33,878 nt of DNA from a virus. Its lineage: Duplodnaviria; Caudoviricetes. The DNA is taken from the IMG/VR virus record IMGVR_UViG_3300047669_001138, positions 1 to 33,878 of that record. One strand, 5' to 3'. The position numbers and the translations under genes were made by a program. The notes beneath the pieces are model-generated. The model saw only the letters and a list, made by a program, of their open reading frames with translations. It made no database searches and was not told where the DNA came from. Positions 1-9,780 of the stretch are shown in pieces; within the stretch, counting starts at the first letter, position 1; each line of letters begins with the position of its first letter.

Positions 1-69
1 AAAGGTGCAGCTGAATATGGTGGAAAAAAAGGAGATGATTCAAAAAGCAAGAAAGATTACGAAAAATAG
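1..69 (+). CDS. 3' end of a hypothetical Lys/Gly/Asp-rich protein (partial)
   Basis: Frame 1 is open from the window edge (KGAAEYGGKKGDDSKSKKDYEK) to TAG at 67-69, 3 nt before the next ATG. Confidence 0.55.
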   Translation, partial: KGAAEYGGKKGDDSKSKKDYEK

Positions 70-72
70 AAA

Positions 73-282
73 ATGAAAAAATCAAAAACAGGGTATTTAA
101 AAAATAGTCCTGATGTTAACAATAAATCTAATTTAATTCCTAGTAATAAAATTACTATGAAAGGAGTTGAGCATAAAGTTTTAGGTGTTGACAACAGAGG
201 TTATGCTACTATTATGTATCCTGGTTATGATTACATTTTCCCTAACGGATTTGAAGTTTTAGAAACAAAACTAGATGAGTAA
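73..282 (+). CDS. Conserved phage hypothetical protein (IPSNxITMKGV...MxPGxxYxFP motif)
   Basis: 69-aa ORF tightly packed with its neighbours. The motif ITMKGV-x3-VLGVD-x2-G-x4-MYPGYDYIFP resembles a small domain I recall from Bacteroidota phages; function unknown. Confidence 0.75.
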   Translation: MKKSKTGYLKNSPDVNNKSNLIPSNKITMKGVEHKVLGVDNRGYATIMYPGYDYIFPNGFEVLETKLDE

Positions 283-739
283 AAAGAAATTTAAAGATAC
301 TAAAGTTGGACAGTTTTTAAGCAAGATTGCCCCTAGTATCCTTGGAACTGTAGGTGGTGTAATACCAAATGCTGGATTATTAGGTTTAGTAAAAAACTTA
401 ATAACAAAAGAACCTGATATTATAATATCTCCACAAGATAAAGAAACTGCTTTAATGTTATTAGAGCAAGATATGATAGAACTAAAAGAAGTATCAAAAC
501 GTTGGGAAAGCGATATGAAAAGTGATTCATGGCTTAGTAAAAACACACGCCCGTTGTCTTTGATATTTTTAACTATAATGACAATAGCTCTTATATGGGT
601 TGATAGTCACCACTTAATATCTCTAACTGTAGAAGAAGAATGGATAAGTTTGTTAAAAACTTTAACAACAACTGTTTATGTAGCCTATTTTGGGTCACGA
701 GGAGCGGAAAAATTCAAATCTATAAGTAATAATAACTAG
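275..739 (+). CDS. Putative holin (3TM/GTA-holin-like)
   Basis: RWESDMKSDSWLSKNTRP is followed by two hydrophobic segments and a YFGSRGAEK C-terminal motif, the pattern of 3TM GTA-type holins. Confidence 0.7.
   Translation: MSKKKFKDTKVGQFLSKIAPSILGTVGGVIPNAGLLGLVKNLITKEPDIIISPQDKETALMLLEQDMIELKEVSKRWESDMKSDSWLSKNTRPLSLIFLTIMTIALIWVDSHHLISLTVEEEWISLLKTLTTTVYVAYFGSRGAEKFKSISNNN
724..735 (+). promoter_or_regulatory. Candidate phage promoter motif copy 1 (AAGTAATAATAA)
   Basis: Matches ARGTAATWATAA, also seen at 10547 and 18214. Lies at the 3' end of the holin gene, upstream of the packaging/head cluster. Confidence 0.4.
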
Positions 740-750
740 TAAGTTAACTA

Positions 751-780
751 ATCAAATCAAATCAAATTAAATTAAATTAA
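751..780 (+). repeat. Pentamer tandem repeat (ATCAA)3(ATTAA)3 directly before ATG 781
   Basis: Read directly from the sequence. Similar shorter runs occur at 976-990 and 19591-19600, each just before a start codon. Confidence 0.85.
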
Positions 781-990
781 ATGAAACAAGTACTAAAAAT
801 AATAATATATCCATTTATTCCATTTTTATATATGATTTTATCATATATTTTAATGCAATACGATATCACTAATTCACTAGGTTATTACATGACAGGTGGT
901 AATGCAGCTGTATTTACAGTATGGCTTGTGTATGGGGTATGGATAATATCAAAATTCACTTATAATAAATTAACAATTAAATCAAATTAA
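781..990 (+). CDS. Small membrane protein (two predicted TM helices)
   Basis: 69-aa ORF with hydrophobic segments IIIYPFIPFLYMILSYILM and AAVFTVWLVYGVWIIS. Fills the gap between the holin and ORF 992. Confidence 0.65.
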   Translation: MKQVLKIIIYPFIPFLYMILSYILMQYDITNSLGYYMTGGNAAVFTVWLVYGVWIISKFTYNKLTIKSN

Positions 991-991
991 A

Positions 992-1258
992 ATGGCAGAA
1001 AAAAACGCAAAGATTACCGATGAACAGTTAAAGTCAATAACTGAAAATCAAGGAGAAATAGATAAACTTATAACTACAATAGGGATTTTAGAATCTCAAA
1101 AACATGGGGCATTACACGAAATAGGTACACTAAATGAAGCTTTAAATAAAGATAAAGTTGAACTTGAAAAAGAATATGGACCTATTAATATAAATCTCAA
1201 AACTGGAGAATACACTATTATAGAACCTAAAGAAATAGAGGAAAAAGACAAGAAATAA
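992..1258 (+). CDS. Hypothetical coiled-coil protein
   Basis: 88 aa with a heptad-like helix ending LEKEYGPININLKTGEY. 1-nt spacing to both neighbours. Confidence 0.8.
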   Translation: MAEKNAKITDEQLKSITENQGEIDKLITTIGILESQKHGALHEIGTLNEALNKDKVELEKEYGPININLKTGEYTIIEPKEIEEKDKK

Positions 1259-1259
1259 A

Positions 1260-1487
1260 ATGAGTAATGTTATAAGAAAAATCAGTATTGGATCTGATTA
1301 TAAAAATGATGCTATGCATTACTCAGTTGGACAACCTGTTTATGGAGGACATGAAATAGCCTATATCATACATGATCAAGAAGATAGCTCTTATAATATT
1401 CACATAAAAAAAGACAATGAGATATTGCCGTGGAAGAAATTTAATTCTAACATGGCTATATCGATTGAATATGATTTAGAGTATTAA
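1260..1487 (+). CDS. Conserved phage hypothetical protein
   Basis: 75 aa (IRKISIGSDYKNDAMHYSVGQ...). Stop overlaps the next start (TAATG). Confidence 0.8.
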   Translation: MSNVIRKISIGSDYKNDAMHYSVGQPVYGGHEIAYIIHDQEDSSYNIHIKKDNEILPWKKFNSNMAISIEYDLEY

Positions 1488-2092
1488 TGCGGGGTTTATA
1501 TGATTTCATAGTAGAACCAGTTGGTGACACTTATGAAAATGAAATAGAAATAGAGAACGTTAAGATAGTATTAAACACTAAGATTGAAAGTTTTAAATTT
1601 GTAAACAATGTAGCTAAAGTAATTAAAACTCCTTTAGCATTTAAAACCTCAATAAAAGTAGGGGATACTATTTTAATACACCATAACGTATTTAGAACTT
1701 TCTATGATATGAAAGGTGTTAAGAAAAAATCTAGGTCTTATTTTAAAGATAATCAGTATTTCTGTGCATTAGATCAAGTATACTTATATAAGTCAAATTC
1801 AAAGTGGACATCTATCAATGATAGATGTTTTATAAAACCTTTAAAAAGCGAAAGTAATTTTAAGGTTGATAAAGAACAAAGCCTTATTGGAATACTAAAA
1901 ATAGGTAATAGCTCTTTAGAAGCGCTAGGAATACACGAGGGAGACACTGTTGGTTACACACCGTACGGTGAGTACGATTTCGTAGTTGACAAGAAGCGTT
2001 TGTATTGTATGAAATCAAATGATATTGTAATTAAATATGGAAATAAAGAAAACCAAACTGAGTATAATCCAAGCTGGGCAAATAGCAGTTGA
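1487..2092 (+). CDS. Co-chaperonin GroES-like protein with two tandem GroES-type domains
   Basis: Domain 1 reads LYDFIVEP...IVL...IKVGDTILIHH. Domain 2 reads INDRCFIKP...IGILKIGN...IHEGDTVGY...FVVDKKRLYCMKSNDI, matching the GroES pattern PLxDRVxV...GxVxAVG...VKVGDxVxF...IDxEExLIMxESDI. Confidence 0.7.
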   Translation: MRGLYDFIVEPVGDTYENEIEIENVKIVLNTKIESFKFVNNVAKVIKTPLAFKTSIKVGDTILIHHNVFRTFYDMKGVKKKSRSYFKDNQYFCALDQVYLYKSNSKWTSINDRCFIKPLKSESNFKVDKEQSLIGILKIGNSSLEALGIHEGDTVGYTPYGEYDFVVDKKRLYCMKSNDIVIKYGNKENQTEYNPSWANSS

Positions 2093-2312
2093 GGAGCTTA
2101 TCAAAGTTGCTAAAGAAGCTATCATAGATACTGGTGACGATATCACTGCTGATAGATTAAAAAATGCAGCAGCTACTAAAAAGTTAGCTATATTTGATGC
2201 TTTTGAAATATTACAAAGAATACAAGAAGAGGATGACATGCTTAACGAAAAACCTAAAGAAATAAAAGAAGAGAAAGCGTTTAGAGGTTTTGCAGAAGGA
2301 AGATCTAAATAA
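2037..2312 (+). CDS. Putative terminase small subunit
   Basis: 91-aa helical protein immediately upstream of TerL and coupled to it (TAATG). The assignment is mainly positional. Confidence 0.55.
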   Translation: MEIKKTKLSIIQAGQIAVEELIKVAKEAIIDTGDDITADRLKNAAATKKLAIFDAFEILQRIQEEDDMLNEKPKEIKEEKAFRGFAEGRSK

Positions 2313-4528
2313 TGTACAGTCAAACTTTACATAAAGTATTAAAAAACCATATTAAACTTAAAGTTTTAAATAGGAACAATAGGTATAAAAAATGGGAGTA
2401 CGGTTACAACAAAGAATTTGATATAGTTGTAATTAGTAGAACTGGTGAAATAGGGGAGATATACGAGATACAAAATCTTAAAATCGCTTTACCTAAACAA
2501 TCAGATAATGTGATTAAGTTTGAAAACAATAAATGGGCTCGAGCTGATTTACCTAAACCTTTAAAGAAAATCAAAACAATATTTGATTGGGAGGAATATC
2601 CACTAGATTTTAAAGAATTATGGTATGATTACATTGATAAAGAGTTTGAATTTAGAGAAAAAGGATTTTGGTTTGTTAATAAAAATAACCCTACTTATAT
2701 TACTGGCACTCACTACATGTACTTGCAGTGGTCCAAAATTGATGTTGGGAAGCCAGATTTTAGGGAGTCAAACAGATTATTCTTTATATTCTGGGAAGCT
2801 TGCAAAGCCGATACAAGATCATATGGTATTTGCTACCTCAAAAACAGACGGTCTGGTTTTTCATTCATGGCATCAGGCGAAACTGTTAACAGCGCCACTA
2901 TCTCTACAGATTCACGATTTGGTATTTTATCAAAAACAGGTCCAGATGCTAAAACCATGTTTACCGATAAAGTTGTACCCATATCCGTTAACTATCCGTT
3001 TTTCTTTAAACCGATACAAGATGGTATGGATAGACCGAAGACGGAACTGGCTTATAGGGTTCCAGCCTCTAAATTTACAAGAAGAAAGCTAGAGACCAAC
3101 GAAACACTTAGAGAATTAACAGGTCTTGATACAACTATCGACTGGAAAAACACTGGAGACAACTCTTATGATGGTGAAAAACTAAAATTATTAGTTCATG
3201 ATGAATCTGGTAAATGGGAGAGACCAAGTAATATTTTAAATAACTGGAGGGTTACTAAAACAACCCTGCGACTAGGTAGTAAGATTATTGGTAAATGTAT
3301 GATGGGTTCAACGAGCAATGCTCTTGACAAAGGTGGAGAAAATTTCAAGAAGCTTTATTATGACTCAGATGTTACCAAAAGAAACGCCAATGGACAGACT
3401 CGCTCAGGATTATATAGCTTGTTTATACCTATGGAATGGAATTACGAGGGATACATCGATTCTTATGGCATACCTGTCTTCGACACCCCAAAAAAACCGG
3501 TTGAAGATCCGCATGGTACAAAGATAAATATAGGTGTTATAGAATACTGGCAGAACGAAGTAGATGGCCTTAAGGGTGATCAAGATGGACTTAATGAGTT
3601 TTATAGACAGTTTCCACGTACAGAGGAACATGCTTTCAGAGATGAAGCTAAATCTTCTTTATTTAATCTAACTAAAATCTACGAACAAATAGATTGGAAC
3701 GCAGACTTAAGAAGTAGTGGTATAATAACCAGAGGAAACTTTCAATGGTTTAATGGTATTAAAGATACTTCAGTGATATTTAGTCCAACTAATAATGGAA
3801 GATTCTATGTCTCATGGGTTCCAGCATCACATTTACAAAATAATGTTATTTCTAAAAATGGTAGAAAACATCCTGGGAATGAACATATGGGTGCTTTTGG
3901 ATGTGACAGCTATGATATATCAGGAACAGTTGATGGTAGAGGTTCAAACGGATCTTTACACGGTTTAACTAAATTCTCAATGGATGACTGTCCAACTAAT
4001 CATTTTTTCTTAGAATACATCGCAAGACCCTCTACTGCTGAAATCTTTTTTGAGGATGTTCTTATGGCATGTATTTTTTATGGAATGCCAATACTTGCGG
4101 AAAACAACAAACCAAGGCTTTTATATTATTTTAAAAGAAGAGGTTATAGAGGCTATTCGATGAATAGACCAGATAAAATTTATACAAAATTATCAGTGAC
4201 TGAAAGAGAAATAGGTGGAATACCTAACTCTAGTGAAGATATAAAACAATCTCACGCCGCAGCAATAGAATCTTATATTCAAGATTATATAGGTTTAAGA
4301 CCTGATACTAATTACGGGGATTTTTATTTTCAAAGAACTTTAGAAGATTGGGCCAAATTTAATATAAACAATAGAACTTCACATGATGCATCGATAAGTT
4401 CTGGGTTAGCAATAATGGCTTGTAATAAAAATAAATATAGACCTAATCCTATTATTGAAAGAAAGATTTATGATTTAGGAATCAAAAAATACAACAATAA
4501 AGGAGCAACCTCAAAAATAATTCAATAA
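2312..4528 (+). CDS. terL: Terminase large subunit
   Basis: Walker A-like LKNRRSGFS, Walker B LLVHDESGKW, coupling motif GST, and RNase H-like nuclease GAFGCDSYD with a C-terminal HDA. 738 aa, directly upstream of the portal. Confidence 0.93.
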   Translation: MYSQTLHKVLKNHIKLKVLNRNNRYKKWEYGYNKEFDIVVISRTGEIGEIYEIQNLKIALPKQSDNVIKFENNKWARADLPKPLKKIKTIFDWEEYPLDFKELWYDYIDKEFEFREKGFWFVNKNNPTYITGTHYMYLQWSKIDVGKPDFRESNRLFFIFWEACKADTRSYGICYLKNRRSGFSFMASGETVNSATISTDSRFGILSKTGPDAKTMFTDKVVPISVNYPFFFKPIQDGMDRPKTELAYRVPASKFTRRKLETNETLRELTGLDTTIDWKNTGDNSYDGEKLKLLVHDESGKWERPSNILNNWRVTKTTLRLGSKIIGKCMMGSTSNALDKGGENFKKLYYDSDVTKRNANGQTRSGLYSLFIPMEWNYEGYIDSYGIPVFDTPKKPVEDPHGTKINIGVIEYWQNEVDGLKGDQDGLNEFYRQFPRTEEHAFRDEAKSSLFNLTKIYEQIDWNADLRSSGIITRGNFQWFNGIKDTSVIFSPTNNGRFYVSWVPASHLQNNVISKNGRKHPGNEHMGAFGCDSYDISGTVDGRGSNGSLHGLTKFSMDDCPTNHFFLEYIARPSTAEIFFEDVLMACIFYGMPILAENNKPRLLYYFKRRGYRGYSMNRPDKIYTKLSVTEREIGGIPNSSEDIKQSHAAAIESYIQDYIGLRPDTNYGDFYFQRTLEDWAKFNINNRTSHDASISSGLAIMACNKNKYRPNPIIERKIYDLGIKKYNNKGATSKIIQ

Positions 4529-6934
4529 ATGAAGATATACACTAATTCTAATAGCGCCTTTCCTAGTCAGGTAGTACCGGCAGCGGAAAAAAATTCGTTG
4601 GAATATGGCTCTCAAGTAGCTTCTGCTATTGAAACAGAGTGGTTCAATCAAGGTAGAACAAGTGGGAATAGATATTTGACAAGTTTTAACAACTTTCATC
4701 ATTTAAGACTTTATGCTAGAGGTGAACAACCTGTTCAAAAATATAAAGATGAATTATCTATTAATGGTGATTTATCTTATTTAAATTTAGACTGGAAACC
4801 AGTTCCTGTTATATCAAAATTTGTTGATATAGTAGTTAATGGTATTTCCCAAAAAGAATTTGAAATAAAAGCTTATTCTCAAGATCCTGAGTCTGTTAAA
4901 AAAAGAACAGAATATGCCACAGCAGTTGCTCAAGATATGTTTGCAGCTGAAGAAATAGCTAGAGCTAAAGCAGTTTTAGGTTTAGATTTACAAAGATCTA
5001 ATATTTCTCCTTTAGATCTACCTAGAACTAAAGAAGAATTAGAACTACACATGCAACTTAGTTATAAGCAATCGGTAGAAATTGCTGAAGAAGAAGCTAT
5101 AAGTACAACTTTAGCTAAAAACAAATGGGAACTTACCAAGCGTAGATTAAATTATGATTTAGTTACTTGCGGAATAGCTGCTACTAAAACAAATTTTAAT
5201 AAATCAAATGGAATAACTATTGATTATGTAGATCCTGCTTATATGATTTATTCATATACAGAAGATCCTAATTTTGAGGATATATATTATGTAGGAGAAG
5301 TAAAATCCATTACTATTCCAGAATTAAAAAAACAATTTCCATATATAAGTAACGAAGAATTACAACGTATACAAGAAATGCCAGGAAATAGACAATACAT
5401 TACTGGTTGGGGAAACTACGATGCTAATACAGTTCAAATATTATATTTTGAATATAAAACATATCATGATCAGGTTTTTAAACTAAAACAAACTGATAAT
5501 GGTTTAGAGAAAATAATAGAAAAAACTGATGATTTTAATCCTCCCCCTTCTGACACTTACAATAAAGTTTCAAGAAGTATAGAGGTTTTATACAGTGGTG
5601 TAAAAGTTTTAGGAACTAATACTATGTTACAGTGGGAGTTGTCAGAAAATATGACAAGACCTATGGCTGATACTACTAAGGTAGAAATGAATTACGCTAT
5701 CTGTGCACCTAGAATGTATAAAGGTAGAATAGAATCTTTAGTAAGTAAAATAACTGGTTTTGCAGATATGATACAGTTAACGCATTTAAAAATGCAACAA
5801 GTGTTAGCTAGATTAGTGCCTGATGGAGTGTTTTTAGATATGGATGGTTTAGCTGAAGTTGACCTAGGTAATGGTACAAATTATAACCCAGCAGAAGCAT
5901 TGAATATGTATTTCCAAACTGGTAGTGTTGTTGGTAGATCATTAACTCAAGATGGTGAAATGAATAGAGGTAAAGTTCCTATACAAGAACTTTCATCTTC
6001 TTCTGGTGGAGCCAAATTGCAAAGTTTAATACAAACTTATCAATACTATTTACAAATGATAAGAGACGTGACCGGGCTTAATGAAGCAAGGGATGGTAGT
6101 TTACCTGATAAAGACGCTTTAGTCGGTTTAGCTAAAATGGCGGCCAATCAATCTAATATAGCTACTAAACACATTAATCAAGCAAGTTTATATTTATCTT
6201 TAAGAATATGTGAAAATATATCTTTAAAACTAGCTGATGTTCTTAGTTTTCCTTTAACACGTAATTCTTTAATAGAAAGTATATCTTTATATAATGCCCA
6301 AACATTGCAAGAAGTAGGAAACTTAAACTTACATGACTTTGGAATATTTCTAGAATTAGAACCAGATGAAGAAGAAAAAGCAGCATTAGAACAAAATATT
6401 CAAATAGCTTTACAATCTGGTGGTATAGATTTAGAAGATGCTATAGATATAAGGCAAATAAAAAATCTAAAACTAGCAAATCAATTACTAAAGTTAAAAC
6501 GTAAAAAGAAATTAGAAAGAGATCAAGCAAATCAACAACAGATGGTACAAGCTCAAGCTCAAGCTCAAGCTGAAACTGCTGAAAAAACAGCTATGGCTGA
6601 GGTTCAAAAGCAACAAGCTTTAACTGAACAAAAGGTTAATGTTGAGCAAGCTAAATCTCAATTTGAAATACAAAGAATGCAAACTGAATTGCAAATTAAA
6701 TCTCAATTATTATCTCAAGAGTTTGAATATAACAAGCAGTTAGCTCAAATAAAAATAGGAACTGAAGGTTCTAAGGAAACAAAAATAGAAGATCGTAAAG
6801 ATAAGAGAGTTAAATTACAAGGAACTCAGCAAAGTCAGTTGATTAATCAACGACAAAATGATTCACCACCAGTTGATTTTGAAAGCAGTGGTAGTGGAGC
6901 GGGGGCATTTGATCTAGATGGATTTATGTCTTAA
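4529..6934 (+). CDS. Portal protein
   Basis: 801 aa directly after TerL. Contains PVISKFVDIVV and IRDVTGLNEARDG segments and a Gln/Ala/Lys-rich C-terminal coiled coil like the P22/crAss portal barrel. Confidence 0.88.
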   Translation: MKIYTNSNSAFPSQVVPAAEKNSLEYGSQVASAIETEWFNQGRTSGNRYLTSFNNFHHLRLYARGEQPVQKYKDELSINGDLSYLNLDWKPVPVISKFVDIVVNGISQKEFEIKAYSQDPESVKKRTEYATAVAQDMFAAEEIARAKAVLGLDLQRSNISPLDLPRTKEELELHMQLSYKQSVEIAEEEAISTTLAKNKWELTKRRLNYDLVTCGIAATKTNFNKSNGITIDYVDPAYMIYSYTEDPNFEDIYYVGEVKSITIPELKKQFPYISNEELQRIQEMPGNRQYITGWGNYDANTVQILYFEYKTYHDQVFKLKQTDNGLEKIIEKTDDFNPPPSDTYNKVSRSIEVLYSGVKVLGTNTMLQWELSENMTRPMADTTKVEMNYAICAPRMYKGRIESLVSKITGFADMIQLTHLKMQQVLARLVPDGVFLDMDGLAEVDLGNGTNYNPAEALNMYFQTGSVVGRSLTQDGEMNRGKVPIQELSSSSGGAKLQSLIQTYQYYLQMIRDVTGLNEARDGSLPDKDALVGLAKMAANQSNIATKHINQASLYLSLRICENISLKLADVLSFPLTRNSLIESISLYNAQTLQEVGNLNLHDFGIFLELEPDEEEKAALEQNIQIALQSGGIDLEDAIDIRQIKNLKLANQLLKLKRKKKLERDQANQQQMVQAQAQAQAETAEKTAMAEVQKQQALTEQKVNVEQAKSQFEIQRMQTELQIKSQLLSQEFEYNKQLAQIKIGTEGSKETKIEDRKDKRVKLQGTQQSQLINQRQNDSPPVDFESSGSGAGAFDLDGFMS
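6548..6571 (+). repeat. (CAAGCT)4 in-frame microsatellite encoding QAQAQAQA in the portal C-terminal helix
   Basis: Read directly from the sequence. Confidence 0.8.
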
Positions 6935-6964
6935 TAAAAAATAACAATTATATAATATTTTATC

Positions 6965-8206
6965 ATGTCAAAAGAAACACAAACAAATGAACCTGTTAAA
7001 CAGGAAGGTGACTTTAAATTAAAGTCAAAAAAAAGAGTACCTAAAAATTTAGGAAGTCTTAGTGGAAATGATCCAATAAAAGTGGATTTAACTAAACCAG
7101 AAGCTACAGGAGAAATTGTTCCTGAAGTTATTAAAGTAACCATACCTAAAGAACAAAGCGATGCCATTCAAATCGGAGAAACAAAAGAGATACCTGTGGG
7201 CGAATCTTCCGAAGATAGCGGCAGCGTGGGAACTGGAGGAGAAAAACAATTACAAGAGCCCAGCGCGGTTATTGAAGAAATTTCCCCCATCCAAGAAATA
7301 ACTGAAGAAGAAAAAACAGAGGTTAAAGAAATTAAACAAGAAGTTGCAGAAGCTAAAAGAGATGAGCAAGTTCTTGGAAAACCTTTACCTGAAAATATTG
7401 AAAAACTAGTTTCATTTATGGAAGAAACTGGTGGAAGTGTAGAAGATTACGTAGCACTTAATAAAGATTACTCTAAACTCAACAGTGGGCAACTACTAAA
7501 AGAGTACTATATAAAAACAAAACCGCATTTAGATTTAGAAGAAATCGCTTTCCTTATGGAAGACAATTTTGACTTTGACGAAGATGTAGACGAAGCAAGG
7601 GACATTCGTAAAAAGAAACTTGCTTACAAAGAAGAGGTTGCAAAAGCTACACAGCATCTAGAAGGTTCAAAAAGTAAATATTACGACGAGATCAAGTTGA
7701 GACCGGGCGTTACTAAAGAACAGCAAGAAGCTATGAGTTTTTACGACAACTATAAGGCGCAGCAAGAAACTGTACAACAATTACATGGAGATTTTAGAGA
7801 TAACACTAAAAAGCTTTTTTCTCAAGAATTCAAAGGTTTTGATTTCAACGTGGGGGAAAAGAAATTTAGATATGGTATAAAAGATCCGGTTAAAGTTGGT
7901 GAAACACAAGCAGATGTACAAAACTTTGTCAATAAATATTCAAATGACAAAGGTGAAATTGTAGATCCAGCAGGGTATCACAAAGCAATGTATGCTGCCA
8001 TGAATGCTGATAAAATTGCTCATCACTTTTATGAACAAGGAAAAGCAGATGGCGTTAAAAACGTTATCGAAAGTTCTAAGAATCCTTCGACAGACAAACC
8101 TAGGCAAGTTGCCGATGGAAATGTTTTCATAAACGGATTAAAAGTAAAATCGATTAGTGGATTAGATTCAACAAAATTACGAATAAAAACTAAAAAATTT
8201 AACTAA
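6965..8206 (+). CDS. Putative capsid scaffolding protein
   Basis: 413 aa with an acidic, low-complexity N-terminal half and a helical C-terminal half. Located between portal and major capsid protein. Confidence 0.7.
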   Translation: MSKETQTNEPVKQEGDFKLKSKKRVPKNLGSLSGNDPIKVDLTKPEATGEIVPEVIKVTIPKEQSDAIQIGETKEIPVGESSEDSGSVGTGGEKQLQEPSAVIEEISPIQEITEEEKTEVKEIKQEVAEAKRDEQVLGKPLPENIEKLVSFMEETGGSVEDYVALNKDYSKLNSGQLLKEYYIKTKPHLDLEEIAFLMEDNFDFDEDVDEARDIRKKKLAYKEEVAKATQHLEGSKSKYYDEIKLRPGVTKEQQEAMSFYDNYKAQQETVQQLHGDFRDNTKKLFSQEFKGFDFNVGEKKFRYGIKDPVKVGETQADVQNFVNKYSNDKGEIVDPAGYHKAMYAAMNADKIAHHFYEQGKADGVKNVIESSKNPSTDKPRQVADGNVFINGLKVKSISGLDSTKLRIKTKKFN

Positions 8207-8226
8207 TAAATTAAAAATTAAAAATT

Positions 8227-9705
8227 ATGGCTTTAAGTCCACAGTTTGGTACAATAGTACCTTCTCAACAACAGCAACTCCTTGCCGCAAACTATTTAAC
8301 GTTTGATGGCACCACAGGAGGCGCTGATAACAACTTTGCTCAACAATACCTACCGGAATTGTATGAACAAGAAGTAGAAAGATATGGTAACAGAACGTTA
8401 TCAGGCTTTTTACGCATGGTCGGTGCAGAGATGCCGATGACATCTGATCAAGTAATTTGGTCTGAACAAAATAGATTACATATTGCATACACTAATTGCT
8501 CATTAGCTGGTGGTGCTGTAGCTGGAACTTCTGTAATAACGATTCCTGTTGCCGCAACTATTTTAAACGTAATTTCTCCAGGTTCAACTATCGTTGTAAT
8601 GGATGCGTTTGGTAATGAAGCAAAATGTTTTGTAAATTCTTCAAATACAACTACAGGAGTTTTAGCTGTAGAACCTTATGGTTTTACCACTTTAGCTCTT
8701 GCTGGTATTGCTGACGTTGGCGTAGGTGTAGGCGCTGGGTTAAAAATATTTGTATACGGTTCTGATTTTCAAAAAGGAACGTCAACTGCTAACGCAGGGG
8801 CTGGTTTTAACGCTTATAACGCGGTAAACAACCCTATGGTTACGGTTACTCCTGCATTCACTCAATTCTCTAATACTCCTATCATAATTAGAAGTACTTA
8901 TACTATCAATGGTTCTGACACTGCTCAGATCGGTTGGATAGAAGTTGCTACTGAAGATGGTACTGGAGGTTATTTATGGTACTTGAAAGCTGAGTCTGAA
9001 ACAAGACTTAGATTTGAAGATTACTTAGAAATGTCTATGGTAGAAGGTGAATTATCAGGTAATAACGCTGCTTCAATTAATGGAAGTTTAGGTACTCAAG
9101 GTCTTTTTGCTGCTATCACAGCTAGAGGAAATGTACAAGTTGGTTTCAGTGCTGCTGCTGGTTTAGATTCATTTGATGCAATTCTTAAAAATTTAGATAC
9201 TCAAGGAGCTATCGAAGAAAATATGCTTTTCTTAAATAGATCTTCGAATCTTGATTTTGACGACATGCTAGGATCTATCTCTGGTGGATTTGCTGGAGGA
9301 ACTGCTTTCGGTTTATTTGAAAACTCTGAAGAAATGGCTTTAAATCTTGGTTTCTCAGGATTTAGAAGAGGTTCTTATGATTTTTACAAAACAGACTGGA
9401 AATACTTAAATGATGCTTCTACTAGAGGTGCTCAAACAGGACCTGCTTCTATTGAAGGAGTTTTAATCCCTGCAGGTACTTCAACTGTATATGATCAGAT
9501 TTTAGGTACTAACATTAGAAGACCATTTTTACACGTACGTTATAGAGCTTCACAAGCTGATGACAGACGAATGAAATCTTGGTTAACTGGTTCAGTTGGT
9601 GGTGCTCAAACATCGTCTTTAGATGCAATGGAAGTTAACTTCCTTTCTGAAAGATGTTTAGTAACTCAAGCTGCTAATAACTTTGTATTATTCAAAGGAA
9701 TCTAA
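8227..9705 (+). CDS. Major capsid protein (HK97 fold, crAss-like type with inserted beta domain)
   Basis: 492 aa, follows the scaffold and precedes a strong terminator. Contains QQYLPELYEQEVERYG, WSEQNRLH and LNLGFSGFRRGSYDFYK segments typical of Bacteroidota podovirus capsids. Confidence 0.88.
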   Translation: MALSPQFGTIVPSQQQQLLAANYLTFDGTTGGADNNFAQQYLPELYEQEVERYGNRTLSGFLRMVGAEMPMTSDQVIWSEQNRLHIAYTNCSLAGGAVAGTSVITIPVAATILNVISPGSTIVVMDAFGNEAKCFVNSSNTTTGVLAVEPYGFTTLALAGIADVGVGVGAGLKIFVYGSDFQKGTSTANAGAGFNAYNAVNNPMVTVTPAFTQFSNTPIIIRSTYTINGSDTAQIGWIEVATEDGTGGYLWYLKAESETRLRFEDYLEMSMVEGELSGNNAASINGSLGTQGLFAAITARGNVQVGFSAAAGLDSFDAILKNLDTQGAIEENMLFLNRSSNLDFDDMLGSISGGFAGGTAFGLFENSEEMALNLGFSGFRRGSYDFYKTDWKYLNDASTRGAQTGPASIEGVLIPAGTSTVYDQILGTNIRRPFLHVRYRASQADDRRMKSWLTGSVGGAQTSSLDAMEVNFLSERCLVTQAANNFVLFKGI

Positions 9706-9723
9706 GGATTCAACATTAATAAC

Positions 9724-9758
9724 TATCCCCGTCAAACGGCGGGGGTATTTATTTTTTT
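9724..9758 (+). terminator. Rho-independent terminator after the major capsid gene
   Basis: TATCCCCGTC-AAAC-GGCGGGGGTA forms a 10-bp stem with two G:U pairs, followed by TTTATTTTTTT. Confidence 0.85.
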
Positions 9759-9780
9759 AACTATTTAATTATATTATATT

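Noticed and set aside
751-780. CRISPR array or replication iterons
   Set aside because: Only 5-nt tandem units with no spacers, abutting a start codon.
2625-3092. 155-aa alternative-frame ORF inside terL (also 3318-3527)
   Set aside because: Fully nested in a conserved gene, with no recognisable motif and an atypical Leu/Gln-rich composition. Likely a shadow ORF.
6548-6571. (CAAGCT)4 as a phase-variation switch in the portal
   Set aside because: A 6-nt unit keeps the frame, and QA repeats are ordinary in portal C-terminal helices.
2312-9705. Introns or inteins in terminase, portal or capsid genes
   Set aside because: The ORFs are continuous with plausible lengths, and no intein splice or homing endonuclease motifs were seen.
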